A stretch of DNA of 50,186 nt from Silvimonas sp. (GCA_030151005.1 JASLES010000114.1:1-50186), one strand, 5' to 3'. Positions 9,596 to 21,255 are shown, counted from the first letter of the stretch. Notes: generated by a model not told the origin, from the letters alone. Translations and numbers: made by a program.

Positions 9596-9639
9596 ATTGT
9601 ACCTGAATGGCCGCTTTGAGGGCTTAGGGCAAGCTTAAG
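9596..9639 (-). promoter_or_regulatory. arn operon promoter: PmrA/BasR/QseB-like direct repeat plus -10 box
   Basis: The minus strand reads CTTAAG-cttgc-CCTAAG (9639-9623), then 21 nt, then TACAAT (9601-9596). This matches the YTTAAK-N5-YTTAAK PmrA box with one mismatch. Confidence 0.65.
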
Positions 9640-9672
9640 CCGCCTGTTACAGACTTTTACCGGCCGGGTGTT

Positions 9673-10302
9673 TCATTTCTCTTTCCAGCCTTTGAGGAGT
9701 ACCAGTACTGCGCCTGCGCCGCCATCGACCGGGCGGGCCTGACTGAAACCGAGTACTTCATCGCGTTGCGCCAGCCAGTTTTTCAGTTTGAGTTTGAGTA
9801 CCGGTTCACGGTTCTTCGAGCCCAAACCCTTGCCGTGAATAATACGCACACAGCGCTTGTTGGTGCGCCGGCATTGCAGCAGAAACTCGGCCACGGCCAG
9901 CCGGGCGGTATCTGAAGTGTGTCCGTGCAGATCCAGTTGCGCTTGTACCACCCATTCACCGCGGCGCAACTTGCGTAGCGTCTCCAGCTTCAGGCCAGGG
10001 CGGATGAACAGGAGTTCTTCGCCGCTTTCCAGTTCGTCCCACGGCCACAGGTCAGACATGGCTTCGGCCATGACGGCGGCTTCATCTTTTTCACGCTGGC
10101 GTGGCCATGGGCTGGGGTGCGTGCGCGGGTGATCGACAGTCACGGCACGATAGAGCGGCGTGACCCCTTTGGTCGCGGCAACAAAGAGTTCGTGGTCCGT
10201 CGGATCGGGCGGCTTGACCGGAGCGGGTTTCGGTGCGGCTACGGCCTGTTGTTTCAGCGTCCTTCTGATTTCCTTGAGGCGCTGTTTCGGGTCGGAACTC
10301 AT
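9673..10302 (-). CDS. Smr/MutS2 C-terminal domain endonuclease (SmrA-like)
   Basis: LDLHG, CVRIIHGKG and DGGAGA motifs; probable start MSSDPK at 10302. Confidence 0.9.
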   Translation of the reverse strand: MSSDPKQRLKEIRRTLKQQAVAAPKPAPVKPPDPTDHELFVAATKGVTPLYRAVTVDHPRTHPSPWPRQREKDEAAVMAEAMSDLWPWDELESGEELLFIRPGLKLETLRKLRRGEWVVQAQLDLHGHTSDTARLAVAEFLLQCRRTNKRCVRIIHGKGLGSKNREPVLKLKLKNWLAQRDEVLGFSQARPVDGGAGAVLVLLKGWKEK

Positions 10303-10389
10303 GGCGTGGGATAAAAACGGCAATGCGCGCAACATTAGCACGGCACGGGTGGCTCAATCCATCCGGCATAGAGCCTGGATGGGCTCAAT

Positions 10390-10419
10390 AAAAAAGCCGC
10401 ATCAACTGATGCGGCTTTT
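10390..10419 (-). terminator. Rho-independent terminator after trxB
   Basis: AAAAAAGCCGCATC-aact-GATGCGGCTTTT; gives a U-tract on the minus strand just past the trxB stop. Confidence 0.8.
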
Positions 10420-10442
10420 CATCAACACCCATCAAACAACGC

Positions 10443-11441
<999 letters not shown>

Positions 11442-11642
11442 CTAATTCATTGGATCGGGTCGATCTAATCGAAATTGACTATGATGCCGATTGCCCAAGG
11501 GGGCGGGGCATCCTCGATTCGTCATTCAATGAGCTTGGGGCTGGCGATGGGCTTTTCCAGAGCGCCGCATCTGCCCGCCTTTGTGACAACGGCAAAATGC
11601 ACGTTATAGTGATCGCTGTCTTTCACCGGACTTTACCTTTTC

Positions 11643-12344
11643 ATGCTGCGCCGTCTGTTTTCTCCTGTGCTTGATCCGCTCTCCGGCTTGCGCCACGCGC
11701 CAGCCCGGCGGGTGTTGCTCAAGCAGATTTACTTCACCGGTAATGAGGCAGCGCTGCTGGTATTGCTGGTCGGGTTTGCGCTGGGCGGTATTGTGGTGGC
11801 GATGTTGCATGGCCAATACGGCCAAAGTCAGGAGGCGGCCCTGCGTCTGTTGGCGTCCCTGGGGTTCAAGGAAATCAGCCCGCTATTGGCGGCAATTATT
11901 CTGGTAGCGCGGTCTTCATCGGCAGTGGCCAGTGAATTGGCGACCATGCAAGTGCACGGTGAAATCCGCAGCCTTTACCGTATGGGTATCCCGCTGGGCG
12001 CGTACTTGATCATGCCACGCGTGTTGGGCATGACCATTGCCTGTGTAGGGCTGTCATTTTACCTGGCGGTTGCGGCACAACTGGGCGGCGCGTTGCTGGG
12101 TGCCGGGGCTGATGTGACCTATCAGGTGTCCGAGTTTGATCGCATGCTCACGCTGGAGCAGGTATTGACCTGCATGGCCAAGGCGGCGCTGTTTGGCATG
12201 GGTACCAGTTTGCTGGCCTGTCATGTGGGTTTGCGGGTTGGGCCTTATGTTACGGATATTCCCAAAGCGTCCTCGCGGGCGGTGGTGCGCGGACTGAGTG
12301 CGATCTTTGTGCTGGATTTCATGTGGTCGTTATGGCTCTCCTGA
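11643..12344 (+). CDS. MlaE-family ABC transporter permease (MCE system)
   Basis: KQIYFTG, EISPLLAAIILVARSSSAVASELATM, EI..L..MGI and PKASSRAVV motifs. Confidence 0.88.
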   Translation: MLRRLFSPVLDPLSGLRHAPARRVLLKQIYFTGNEAALLVLLVGFALGGIVVAMLHGQYGQSQEAALRLLASLGFKEISPLLAAIILVARSSSAVASELATMQVHGEIRSLYRMGIPLGAYLIMPRVLGMTIACVGLSFYLAVAAQLGGALLGAGADVTYQVSEFDRMLTLEQVLTCMAKAALFGMGTSLLACHVGLRVGPYVTDIPKASSRAVVRGLSAIFVLDFMWSLWLS

Positions 12345-12904
12345 AATTGTCGGGCGGGATAACGCAAACCCTGGAGCCTGGTCAGCGCTACTGGTTGATC
12401 TGCGGTAATGAACAGCAGATGCAGCAACGGTTTGATGCCTGTGCCGAGGCTCTGAACCCGCTGGCGCCCGGGCAAATTGGTGCCCTGGAAGGCGCAGGCG
12501 GTTTGCTGAGTAATTTGCGGGTGTGGGAGAACCTGGTGCTGCCGGCCTGGTATCACCACCATCAGTCGCTGACCCAGTTGGAGGTCCGTTTTCAGGAGGC
12601 GTTTGCCCAGTTGGGGCTGGAGGGCAAGGCGCTGGCGCAACTGGCGGCCGCATTGCCGGCCAGTCTTGATCGGGAGCGCAAGCGGCAGTTGGTGCTGGTG
12701 CGTGCTTATATGCAGGAGGCAAAGTACTTGCTGGCAGACCAGGAATGGTTTGGCTGGATTAGCCAGCCTGCACCGCGTGGCTGTAAAGACTTGTTTGAAG
12801 GGATGGCATTGTCGGTGCCGCTGATTGTGGTGGGCATCGGCGCACCAGATACGGCGTGGCATCTGCAAGAGATTGTCCCCATGCCGCAAACCGAAGTCTC
12901 GTGA
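12332..12904 (+). CDS. Degenerate MlaF-like ABC ATP-binding subunit (pseudo-ATPase)
   Basis: Keeps LLSNLRVWENLVLP and LPASL...KRQLVLVRA...YLLAD, but has no Walker A, signature, catalytic Glu or His. Overlaps the mlaE stop. Confidence 0.7.
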   Translation: MALLKLSGGITQTLEPGQRYWLICGNEQQMQQRFDACAEALNPLAPGQIGALEGAGGLLSNLRVWENLVLPAWYHHHQSLTQLEVRFQEAFAQLGLEGKALAQLAAALPASLDRERKRQLVLVRAYMQEAKYLLADQEWFGWISQPAPRGCKDLFEGMALSVPLIVVGIGAPDTAWHLQEIVPMPQTEVS

Positions 12905-13035
12905 GAGGCGCGGGTGCGCAGCCGGGTTTGGCGGAGCTGCAAAATAGAGATCTGAGATAGATATAACTAAAAAGTAAAACGGCCTGCCCTGATTGGGAGG
13001 GTCACCACCGCTCGTTTTGATTGCCGGATCGATTG

Positions 13036-14013
13036 ATGCCCATTAAATATCTCAAGGACACCGACGCCCGTTTCCAGTGGCTGGGCTGGCGGGTTGGCGT
13101 GTTCATTGCCGCTGGTTTTCTCTGTTTTGTTGCACTGGTGGTGTTACTGGCCATTCGGCAGGGCTATTTCACGCCCAAAACGCGGCTTTCTTTTGTTGCA
13201 GAAAGTGGCAATAGCATGAGCACTGGCATGCAGGTGCGCTTTTCCGGCTTCAAGATTGGTGTGGTGGATCGCGTTGCGCTCAATGACCAGGCCAAGGTTG
13301 ATGTGGAGTTGCTGGTGGAAAACCGCTACCTGAAATGGGTCAAACCTGACTCGGTGGCGCTGTTGCAGCAAGATGGCTTTCTGGGGGATCACTATATAGA
13401 GATTGCCGGTGGCACTGCCACGGCGGCCCCCATTCAGGAGGGCGGCAAGCTTGTGTTCGCGCCGGCGATGGGCTTGTCCGAGATCGCGGCGGATCTGCGT
13501 CAGCGTACCATCCCGGTGATCGACTCCATTCATGACACGCTGGATTATCTGAACGACCCCAAGGGGGACGTGCGCGGCACCGTGGCCAACCTGAACCAGT
13601 TCAGCGCCGAACTGCGTGAAACCCGCAAAACGCTGGATCAGGTCTTGCAGCATCTGGATCAAGTCGCCGCCAAAGACTTGCCCGCCACGCTGGACCAGGC
13701 TGCCCAGGCCGCGCGCCGTGCAGATCAGGTGTTGGCGCAGGCCGATCGCGCGGCTTCAGATGTTGCCGCGCGCTTGCCAGGTATCCTGGATAATGCCAAC
13801 CGCACTGCCAGTGAGGCCGCCGCGCTGGCGACGACAGCGCGCAAAGCGGTGGATGGGGTTGCGCCGCAATTGCCCTCCATTGTGCGTAATGCCGGAGATC
13901 TGGTGCAGAGTGGCGATGATCTGGTCAATGGTGCGCAACGCAGTTGGCCGTTCCGGAACTGGGTGAGTGCGCCAGATGCTTCGGCGCCGGTGCCGGAAAG
14001 CCGGGGGGAGTGA
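13036..14013 (+). CDS. MlaD/MCE-domain protein with long helical C-terminus
   Basis: N-terminal TM, GMQVRFSGFKIGVV and GFLGDHYIEI..G MCE motifs, then an Ala/Leu/Gln-rich helical region. Confidence 0.88.
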   Translation: MPIKYLKDTDARFQWLGWRVGVFIAAGFLCFVALVVLLAIRQGYFTPKTRLSFVAESGNSMSTGMQVRFSGFKIGVVDRVALNDQAKVDVELLVENRYLKWVKPDSVALLQQDGFLGDHYIEIAGGTATAAPIQEGGKLVFAPAMGLSEIAADLRQRTIPVIDSIHDTLDYLNDPKGDVRGTVANLNQFSAELRETRKTLDQVLQHLDQVAAKDLPATLDQAAQAARRADQVLAQADRAASDVAARLPGILDNANRTASEAAALATTARKAVDGVAPQLPSIVRNAGDLVQSGDDLVNGAQRSWPFRNWVSAPDASAPVPESRGE

Positions 14014-14016
14014 GCC

Positions 14017-14844
14017 ATGGTGCGCATTGTTGTCAGGTATCTCATACTTTCGGCGCTGTTGTTGGGGGTTCTCGCTGCGTGCAGCAGTGCGCCGACCCCG
14101 CCCACCCCCGCCATGGTCGTAGCCACCCAGGCACGTAATGCAATGGCCAACGCCAATCGTGCAGGCCGACTGCAGCGCTGGGATGACGCGGCGGCGCAGT
14201 GGCAGACTGCTCTGGCGCTGTTTCAATCGGCAGATGACTGGAGCGGGCAGGGTGAGGCCAGGCTGGGGCTTGCACAGGCACAGGCGCGTTTGCATCAGCC
14301 ACAGCAGGCAATTGCTACCTTGAATGTCATGAACTCCCCGCTGTTCAGCTCGGCGCAGCGGGCCCAGGCTACCTATCAACTGGCTTTGCTGGCCATGCCA
14401 GATACCAAAGCTGCCAGCGCCTTGCTACGCCAGTCGCAAATGCTGTGCGGCGCGGATTGCGCTATTGCCGCGCAGTTGTCCAATCTGGCCGCCCGCATCC
14501 ACTTGCAAGAAGGCGATGCTGCAGGCGCGGTGCAGCTTGCTGACGGCGTGCTGGCGCGCGGTGATGCCGTGCCCGTCGCAGAAAGGGCCCATGCGCTGCG
14601 CCTGATTGCACAAAGCCGGCTTGCGCAAGGGCAGGCGCCAGCGGGCTGGCAAGCGTTGCAGCAGGGGTTGGTGCTGGATCGCACTTTGGCCAACCCTGCG
14701 TGGCTCGCCGATGACTTTGCGCTGCAACTTGAACTGGCGCGTGCCATGACCGATCAGTCGCTAATGACTGACGCGCAGGCCCGGCTTGCCAGCGTGTGCG
14801 CAACCACGGATGCGCCAGCGTGTGCCGGTGTGAAGGCACCGTAA
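14017..14844 (+). CDS. Putative outer-membrane lipoprotein with TPR-like helical repeats
   Basis: Signal peptide with lipobox LAAC followed by Ser; Pro/Thr linker; Ala-rich TPR-like repeats; 3 nt after the MCE gene. Confidence 0.72.
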   Translation: MVRIVVRYLILSALLLGVLAACSSAPTPPTPAMVVATQARNAMANANRAGRLQRWDDAAAQWQTALALFQSADDWSGQGEARLGLAQAQARLHQPQQAIATLNVMNSPLFSSAQRAQATYQLALLAMPDTKAASALLRQSQMLCGADCAIAAQLSNLAARIHLQEGDAAGAVQLADGVLARGDAVPVAERAHALRLIAQSRLAQGQAPAGWQALQQGLVLDRTLANPAWLADDFALQLELARAMTDQSLMTDAQARLASVCATTDAPACAGVKAP

Positions 14845-14877
14845 AATACGCGCTGCGTTTTTGTCGTTTCGCACGAC

Positions 14878-14907
14878 TTGAGCGAGTTGTCACAATCAGG
14901 TTATAAT
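14878..14907 (+). promoter_or_regulatory. Putative sigma70 promoter of rpsB-tsf
   Basis: TTGAGC-N18-TATAAT upstream of the rpsB leader. Confidence 0.55.
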
Positions 14908-14940
14908 CTTGCGCTTTCGCATTTCGCGGAAATCTTCCCT

Positions 14941-15030
14941 GTCCGCCATTAAGGGTGCGCCACAAGGGGTCAATCTATTATCTGACCCTGGCGTGCAACG
15001 CGGACGGTAGGCCATAACCCTTATCGGAGT
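14941..15030 (+). ncRNA. rpsB (S2) autoregulatory 5' leader with pseudoknot
   Basis: Nested stems GTCCGC/GCGGAC, GCGCCA/TGGCGT and GGGTCA/TGACCC, plus a crossing TAAGGGT/ACCCTTA pairing next to the GGAG SD. Confidence 0.65.
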
Positions 15031-15038
15031 TCAGTTTT

Positions 15039-15758
15039 ATGTCTATCAGCATGCGTCAGATGCTCGAAGCGGGCGTCCACTTTGGTCACCAAACCCGTTA
15101 CTGGCACCCCAAGATGGGCCAGTACATTTTCGGTGCACGCAACAAGATTCACATTATCAACCTGGAAAAGACCCTGCCGCTGTTCGAAGAGGCGCTGAAG
15201 TACGTGCGTCGTCTGTCGGCCAACAAGGGTACTGTCCTGTTTGTTGGTACCAAGCGCCAGGCTCGCGAAATCCTGGCTGAAGAAGCACAACGCGCCGGTA
15301 TGCCGTTCGTTGATCACCGCTGGCTCGGCGGCATGCTGACGAACTTCAAGACCGTCAAGCAGTCCATCAAGCGTCTGGAAGATCTGACCGCTATTCTGGC
15401 TGATGAAAACAACGGCTACGGCAAGAAAGAGCTGCTGGACATCAAGCGCGAAGTTGAAAAGCTCGAGCGCTCGCTGGGCGGCATCAAGGATATGAAGGGT
15501 CTGCCGGACGCGATCTTCGTGATCGACACTGGCTACCAGAAGGGTGCCATCGTTGAAGCCCAGAAGCTGGGCATTCCGGTGATCGGCGTTGTTGATACCA
15601 ACAACAATCCGGAAGGCATCGACTTCATCATCCCGGGTAACGATGACTCCTCCCGCGCTATCCGTCTGTACGCCCGTGGCGTGGCTGATGCCGTGCTGGA
15701 AGGTCGTAACCAGGCTGTGCAGGAAGTTGTGGAAGCTGCCGCTGAAGCGCAAGCGTAA
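15039..15758 (+). CDS. rpsB: 30S ribosomal protein S2
   Basis: [22 protein letters not shown] and IPGNDD motifs. Confidence 0.99.
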   Translation: MSISMRQMLEAGVHFGHQTRYWHPKMGQYIFGARNKIHIINLEKTLPLFEEALKYVRRLSANKGTVLFVGTKRQAREILAEEAQRAGMPFVDHRWLGGMLTNFKTVKQSIKRLEDLTAILADENNGYGKKELLDIKREVEKLERSLGGIKDMKGLPDAIFVIDTGYQKGAIVEAQKLGIPVIGVVDTNNNPEGIDFIIPGNDDSSRAIRLYARGVADAVLEGRNQAVQEVVEAAAEAQA

Positions 15759-15781
15759 TTTCAGCTCGCTAGAATCTGCAT

Positions 15782-15808
15782 GAAAAAGGGGCGTTGCGCC
15801 CCTTTTTC
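15782..15808 (+). terminator. Terminator/attenuator between rpsB and tsf
   Basis: GAAAAAGGGGCG-ttg-CGCCCCTTTTTC. Confidence 0.75.
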
Positions 15809-15849
15809 GCAAGTATCCAGAGACACATTCGAATTTCAGGAGAATCACT

Positions 15850-16725
15850 ATGGCGGAAATTACCGCAAAATTGGTCGGCGAACTGCGCGAACTGACCGGC
15901 ATGGGTATGATGGAATGCAAGAAAGCCCTGGTTGAAGCGGGTGGCGATATCAAGGCTGCTGAAGAAGCACTGCGTATCAAGTCCGGCAACAAGGCTTCCA
16001 AGCTGGCTGGTCGTACCGCTGCTGAAGGCACCGTGGCTGCATTCATCTCTGGCGACAAGAAGCTGGGCGCGCTGATCGAAGTGAACTGCGAAACCGACTT
16101 TGTGGGCAAGGATGCCAACTTCCTGGCGTTTGCTGCGCTGGCCGTGAAGGCAGTTGCTGAATCCAACGTGACTGACGTTGAAGCGCTGGCCAACGTGACC
16201 GTCGACGGTGCTACCGTTGAAGAACACCGCAAGGCTGTGATCTCCAAGCTGGCAGAAAACATCACCCTGCGCCGCGCTGTGCGTTACGAAACCACCGGTC
16301 AACTGGCGGCTTACCTGCACGGCTCCAAGATTGGCGTGCTGGTTGCCCTGCAAGGTGGCGACGAGCAACTGGGCAAGGATATCGCCATGCACGTGGCTGC
16401 TTCCAAGCCGGTGTGTGTGTCCAAAGACCAGGTTCCGGCCGAACTGCTGGAATCCGAACGCAAGATCTACACCGCGCAAGCTGCTGAATCGGGCAAGCCG
16501 GCTGACATCGTTGCCAAGATGGTTGAAGGCCGCGTGACCAAGTACCTGGCTGAAGTGACTCTGCTGGGTCAGCCGTTCGTGAAGAACCCGGACCAGACCG
16601 TTGAAAAACTGCTGGCCGAGAACAGCGCCAAGGTTGATGCGTTCACCATGTTCGTGGTTGGTGAAGGGATCGAGAAGAAGGTTGTGGACTACGCCGCTGA
16701 AGTGGCTGCCGCTGCCAAGGTCTGA
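15850..16725 (+). CDS. tsf: Elongation factor Ts
   Basis: [25 protein letters not shown] and IAMHVAA; AGGAG SD. Confidence 0.99.
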   Translation: MAEITAKLVGELRELTGMGMMECKKALVEAGGDIKAAEEALRIKSGNKASKLAGRTAAEGTVAAFISGDKKLGALIEVNCETDFVGKDANFLAFAALAVKAVAESNVTDVEALANVTVDGATVEEHRKAVISKLAENITLRRAVRYETTGQLAAYLHGSKIGVLVALQGGDEQLGKDIAMHVAASKPVCVSKDQVPAELLESERKIYTAQAAESGKPADIVAKMVEGRVTKYLAEVTLLGQPFVKNPDQTVEKLLAENSAKVDAFTMFVVGEGIEKKVVDYAAEVAAAAKV

Positions 16726-16757
16726 TCGCCGCACGGCGCCCGGTTTTTCCCATGCTG

Positions 16758-16766
16758 TGCTATAAC
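16758..16766 (+). promoter_or_regulatory. Putative extended -10 promoter upstream of pyrH
   Basis: TG-c-TATAAC just after the tsf stop. Confidence 0.45.
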
Positions 16767-16949
16767 GGCTCAGACAGGGTAAAGGCGGGCAAAACCGGCA
16801 AGATTGTCTATCTTGCCGGAGAAGCATCAAACAACAACGCCGCGCGGCGACGCGCGGCGTTTGTTCGCCCGGTGTGTGCTTTGCCATGTTCGAGTGGCAT
16901 CGCAAAGTGCATACTTCGGCTGGCCATGAGCCGGCCCGTCACATCCTGA

Positions 16950-17693
<744 letters not shown>

Positions 17694-17732
17694 GTTACGC
17701 CGGGGCCTGACCCATTGTTTTCTTGCCGGTCG

Positions 17733-17741
17733 TGGTAAAAC
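17733..17741 (+). promoter_or_regulatory. Putative extended -10 promoter of frr
   Basis: TG-g-TAAAAC about 65 nt upstream of frr. Confidence 0.4.
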
Positions 17742-17805
17742 GCGGCCGGTTTTTGATTTGGCGTGACCCACTGCTCTGCTGGCCACGCTTGATGAGGTTT
17801 GAATC

Positions 17806-18363
17806 ATGATCGCTGACTTGAAGAAAGACACTGAAACCCGCATGCAGAAGACCCTTGAGGCGCTCAAGACCGACCTGATGAAGGTACGTACCGGTCGCGC
17901 TCATACCGGCCTGCTGGATCACATTCAGGTGGATTACTACGGCTCTATGGTGCCGGTGAACCAGGTGGCCAACGTGTCGCTGTCAGATGCCCGTACCATC
18001 GCCGTGCAACCCTATGAAAAGAACATGGTTGGCAAGGTGGAAAAGGCCATTCGCGATTCTGACCTCGGTCTGAACCCGGCCACCAATGGCGACCAGATTC
18101 GCGTGCCGATGCCCATGCTGACTGAAGAGCGTCGTAAAGACCTGATCAAGGTGGTGCGTACCGAGGCCGAAGGCGCTCGCGTATCGACCCGCAACATCCG
18201 GCGCGATGCCAATAACGACCTGAAAAACCTGCTCAAGGACAAGGAAATCTCCGAAGACGAAGAGCGTCGTGGCCAGGAAGAAGTGCAAAAGCTGACTGAC
18301 AAATACATCGCCGAGGTCGACAAGGCCCTGGCTGAAAAAGAAAAAGAACTGCTGACGGTTTAA
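17806..18363 (+). CDS. frr: Ribosome recycling factor
   Basis: VRTGRA, DLGLNP, LTEERRK and RNIRRD. Confidence 0.98.
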   Translation: MIADLKKDTETRMQKTLEALKTDLMKVRTGRAHTGLLDHIQVDYYGSMVPVNQVANVSLSDARTIAVQPYEKNMVGKVEKAIRDSDLGLNPATNGDQIRVPMPMLTEERRKDLIKVVRTEAEGARVSTRNIRRDANNDLKNLLKDKEISEDEERRGQEEVQKLTDKYIAEVDKALAEKEKELLTV

Positions 18364-18410
18364 GTCTGCGTTGCTGCGGTCGTTGTCGAAAGTCCTCAAA
18401 GAGGTGACGG

Positions 18411-19181
18411 GTGAGTATTTTTCGTAGTTCCACGCTGGACACCCCGGATGAACTGTCTGGTGTACCCGGTCATGTTGCAATCATCATGGATGGCAACGGA
18501 CGCTGGGCCAAACAGCGCCTGATGCCCCGCGTATTCGGCCACAAAAAAGGGGTCGATGCATTACGGGCAGCGGTGAAAGCGTGTGACAAGCTAGGCATCC
18601 GCTACCTCACCGTGTTTGCCTTTAGTAGCGAAAACTGGCGCCGACCGGCCGACGAAGTCTCATTCTTGATGGGATTGTTTCTCAAGGTGCTGCAATCCGA
18701 AGTGGATCGCATGCACGAGAACGGCATCCGGCTCAAGATCGTGGGCGACCGCAGCCACTTTGCACCAGAACTAGTGCAGTGGATTGAATCCGCTGAGGCC
18801 CGTACTGCTGACAATGCGGGCGTGACATTATCTATTGCTGCCGATTACGGTGGTCGCTGGGACATCCTGCAGGCCACTGAGCGCATGCTCAAAGATCGCC
18901 CGGAACTGGCAGGATCGCGCATTGAAGAGTCCGACCTGACGCCGTATCTGGCCATGGCCTACGCACCAGAGCCGGATCTGTTTATCCGCACCGGCGGTGA
19001 ACGGCGCATCAGTAACTTCCTGTTGTGGCAACTGGCTTACGCCGAACTCTACTTCACCGACATGCTCTGGCCTGACTTCGATTACGACGCTCTGGCCCAG
19101 GCCGTGGCCTGGTATCAGGGGCGTGAGCGCCGGTTTGGCCGCATCAGCGAACAACTGCATCCTCAAAGCGCGGCGTCCTGA
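18411..19181 (+). CDS. uppS: Undecaprenyl diphosphate synthase
   Basis: [21 protein letters not shown] and [18 protein letters not shown] start with GAGGTG SD. Confidence 0.97.
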   Translation: MSIFRSSTLDTPDELSGVPGHVAIIMDGNGRWAKQRLMPRVFGHKKGVDALRAAVKACDKLGIRYLTVFAFSSENWRRPADEVSFLMGLFLKVLQSEVDRMHENGIRLKIVGDRSHFAPELVQWIESAEARTADNAGVTLSIAADYGGRWDILQATERMLKDRPELAGSRIEESDLTPYLAMAYAPEPDLFIRTGGERRISNFLLWQLAYAELYFTDMLWPDFDYDALAQAVAWYQGRERRFGRISEQLHPQSAAS

Positions 19182-19182
19182 A

Positions 19183-19989
19183 ATGCTGATTACCCGAGTT
19201 CTGACTGCACTGGTTTTGATACCACTGGTTTTGTGTGCGCTTTATTTGCTGCCGCATTCCGGCTGGGTGGTGTTTGCCGCGCTGGTAACCGCGCTGGGCG
19301 CCTGGGAGTGGGGCGATTTATGCAAATTTGGCTCCGCTGGCCGCATTGCTCTGGGTGTAACGGTTGGCGTGCTGGTTGAGTTGCTGGCGCCTCCAGAATT
19401 CTTTGTGTTCCGCGAACCTTGGGTTTGGCCCATTCTGGCTGTAGCAGCAGCGTTCTGGATTGTGGTTGCCCCGTTGTGGCTCAAGTTTCGCTGGAACCTG
19501 CAGAACACCGCGCTCAAGGGCTGCTTGCCGGGTATTTTGCTGCTGGTGGCGGCGGGTATTGCGCTCGCCGCATTGCGGGCGCAGGCTGGTGCCTCTGGTC
19601 TTCTGGCGGTAATGGTCGTTGCCTGGGTGGCAGATACCGCGGCGTATTTCTCTGGCAAGGCGTTTGGCAAGCACAAGCTTGCCCCGGCCATTAGTCCCGG
19701 TAAAACCTGGGAAGGCGTGGCGGGCGCGTTGATTGCGGTAGGGGTCTATGTCCTGGTCATGGGTCATGTGGCGGGGATCGCCTGGTGGAAGATGCTGCTG
19801 GCGGGCTGGTGTCTGACTGCGGTGTCCATTGTGGGTGATCTGATGGAGTCTCTGTTCAAGCGCCAGGCCGGCATCAAAGACAGTAGCCAGTTACTGCCAG
19901 GGCACGGTGGTGTGCTGGATCGTGTAGATAGCCTGATTGCCCTGTTGCCTGTGGCGGCACTGGCATGGCCCTGGCTGATTCAGGCATGA
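19183..19989 (+). CDS. cdsA: Phosphatidate cytidylyltransferase
   Basis: DTAAYF, SPGKTWEG and KRQAGIKDS..LPGHGGVLDRVD; ATG at 19183, directly after uppS. Confidence 0.95.
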   Translation: MLITRVLTALVLIPLVLCALYLLPHSGWVVFAALVTALGAWEWGDLCKFGSAGRIALGVTVGVLVELLAPPEFFVFREPWVWPILAVAAAFWIVVAPLWLKFRWNLQNTALKGCLPGILLLVAAGIALAALRAQAGASGLLAVMVVAWVADTAAYFSGKAFGKHKLAPAISPGKTWEGVAGALIAVGVYVLVMGHVAGIAWWKMLLAGWCLTAVSIVGDLMESLFKRQAGIKDSSQLLPGHGGVLDRVDSLIALLPVAALAWPWLIQA

Positions 19990-20049
19990 CGCCCGCCATT
20001 GTGGCGGCACGCTGATTAATCTCGACAAAACGAATTTCGGGCAGTAACC

Positions 20050-21255
20050 ATGAGCGCAATCCAAACGCTGACCGTGCTGGGTTCTACCGGCAGCATCGGG
20101 GTGAGTACCCTTGATGTGGTCGCCCGCCACGCTGGTCAGTTCCGTGTCTACGCGCTGACTGGCGCCACGCAACTCGACAAGTTGACGGAACAATGCTGCC
20201 AACACGCCCCGCGCTATGCCGTCGTGCTGGATGAGCAATCTGCCGAAGCACTGCGAGGTCTGCTCAAGATCGCGGGTAGCGAGACCGAGGTGCTGTGTGG
20301 CGAAGCGGCGCTGGAACAAGTTGCCACCGCGCCAGAAGTCACCATGGTGATGGCCGCGATTGTCGGTGCGGCAGGCATGCGCCCAACTCTGGCTGCCGCC
20401 CGGGCGGCCAAACGGGTGTTGCTGGCCAACAAGGAAACGCTGGTTCTGGCCGGCAAGCTCTTTATGGATGCCGTCAATGCCAGCGGCGCGCAATTGCTAC
20501 CGATCGACAGCGAACACAACGCCATTTTCCAGGTGCTGCCGCGCGCGCACCGGGAACACCCCTATCGCGGCACGCTGGCCCAGGCAGGGGTCAAGCGCAT
20601 TTTGCTGACCGCGTCCGGCGGTCCATTTCGTACTCGCCCGGTAAAGACGCTTTCCAGCGTTACGCCGGAAGAAGCGGTCAAACACCCCAACTGGTCCATG
20701 GGACGCAAGATCTCCGTCGACTCCGCCACCATGATGAACAAGGGGCTGGAAGTCATTGAGGCGCACTGGTTGTTCAACGCCGGGCCCGATGAAATCACGG
20801 TAGTCGTGCACCCGCAAAGCATCATCCATTCGATGGTTGAATATGCTGACGGCTCGGTGCTGGCGCAACTGGGTACGCCAGACATGCGGACCCCGATTGC
20901 TTACGGATTGTCCTATCCGCAGCGCGTTGAGTCAGGCGTGAAGTCGCTGGATCTCTTTAGCGTGGGTCGGCTGGACTTTGAAGCGCCGGATCTGGTGCGC
21001 ACGCCCTGTTTGCGCCTGGCTTTTGAGGCGCTGCGGGCGGGCGGCGCTGCGACCGCCGTACTTAATGCCGCGAACGAGATTGCCGTGGCCGCATTTCTGG
21101 AGCGGCAACTGGGCTACACGCAGATTCCGGTGCTGATCGAAGAGGTGCTGGAGACCTGTGTGGGCGACTGCAAGGCAGATTCGCTGGACGCCCTGCAGCA
21201 GGCGGATAGTTTGGCCCGCCTGACCGCACAACGCTGGCTGGCGGCGCAAAGCTGA
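20050..21255 (+). CDS. dxr: 1-deoxy-D-xylulose-5-phosphate reductoisomerase
   Basis: GSTGSIG, LANKE, PIDSEH, HPNWSMG and NKGLE. Confidence 0.98.
   Translation: MSAIQTLTVLGSTGSIGVSTLDVVARHAGQFRVYALTGATQLDKLTEQCCQHAPRYAVVLDEQSAEALRGLLKIAGSETEVLCGEAALEQVATAPEVTMVMAAIVGAAGMRPTLAAARAAKRVLLANKETLVLAGKLFMDAVNASGAQLLPIDSEHNAIFQVLPRAHREHPYRGTLAQAGVKRILLTASGGPFRTRPVKTLSSVTPEEAVKHPNWSMGRKISVDSATMMNKGLEVIEAHWLFNAGPDEITVVVHPQSIIHSMVEYADGSVLAQLGTPDMRTPIAYGLSYPQRVESGVKSLDLFSVGRLDFEAPDLVRTPCLRLAFEALRAGGAATAVLNAANEIAVAAFLERQLGYTQIPVLIEEVLETCVGDCKADSLDALQQADSLARLTAQRWLAAQS

Noticed and set aside
12347..12358. LSGG near the N-terminus of the pseudo-ATPase
   Set aside because: Wrong position for the ABC signature, which corresponds to LDRE later in the sequence; probably chance.
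15021..16905. Long antisense ORFs over rpsB/tsf (414 aa and 378 aa)
   Set aside because: Shadow frames of highly codon-biased genes; no recognisable motifs.
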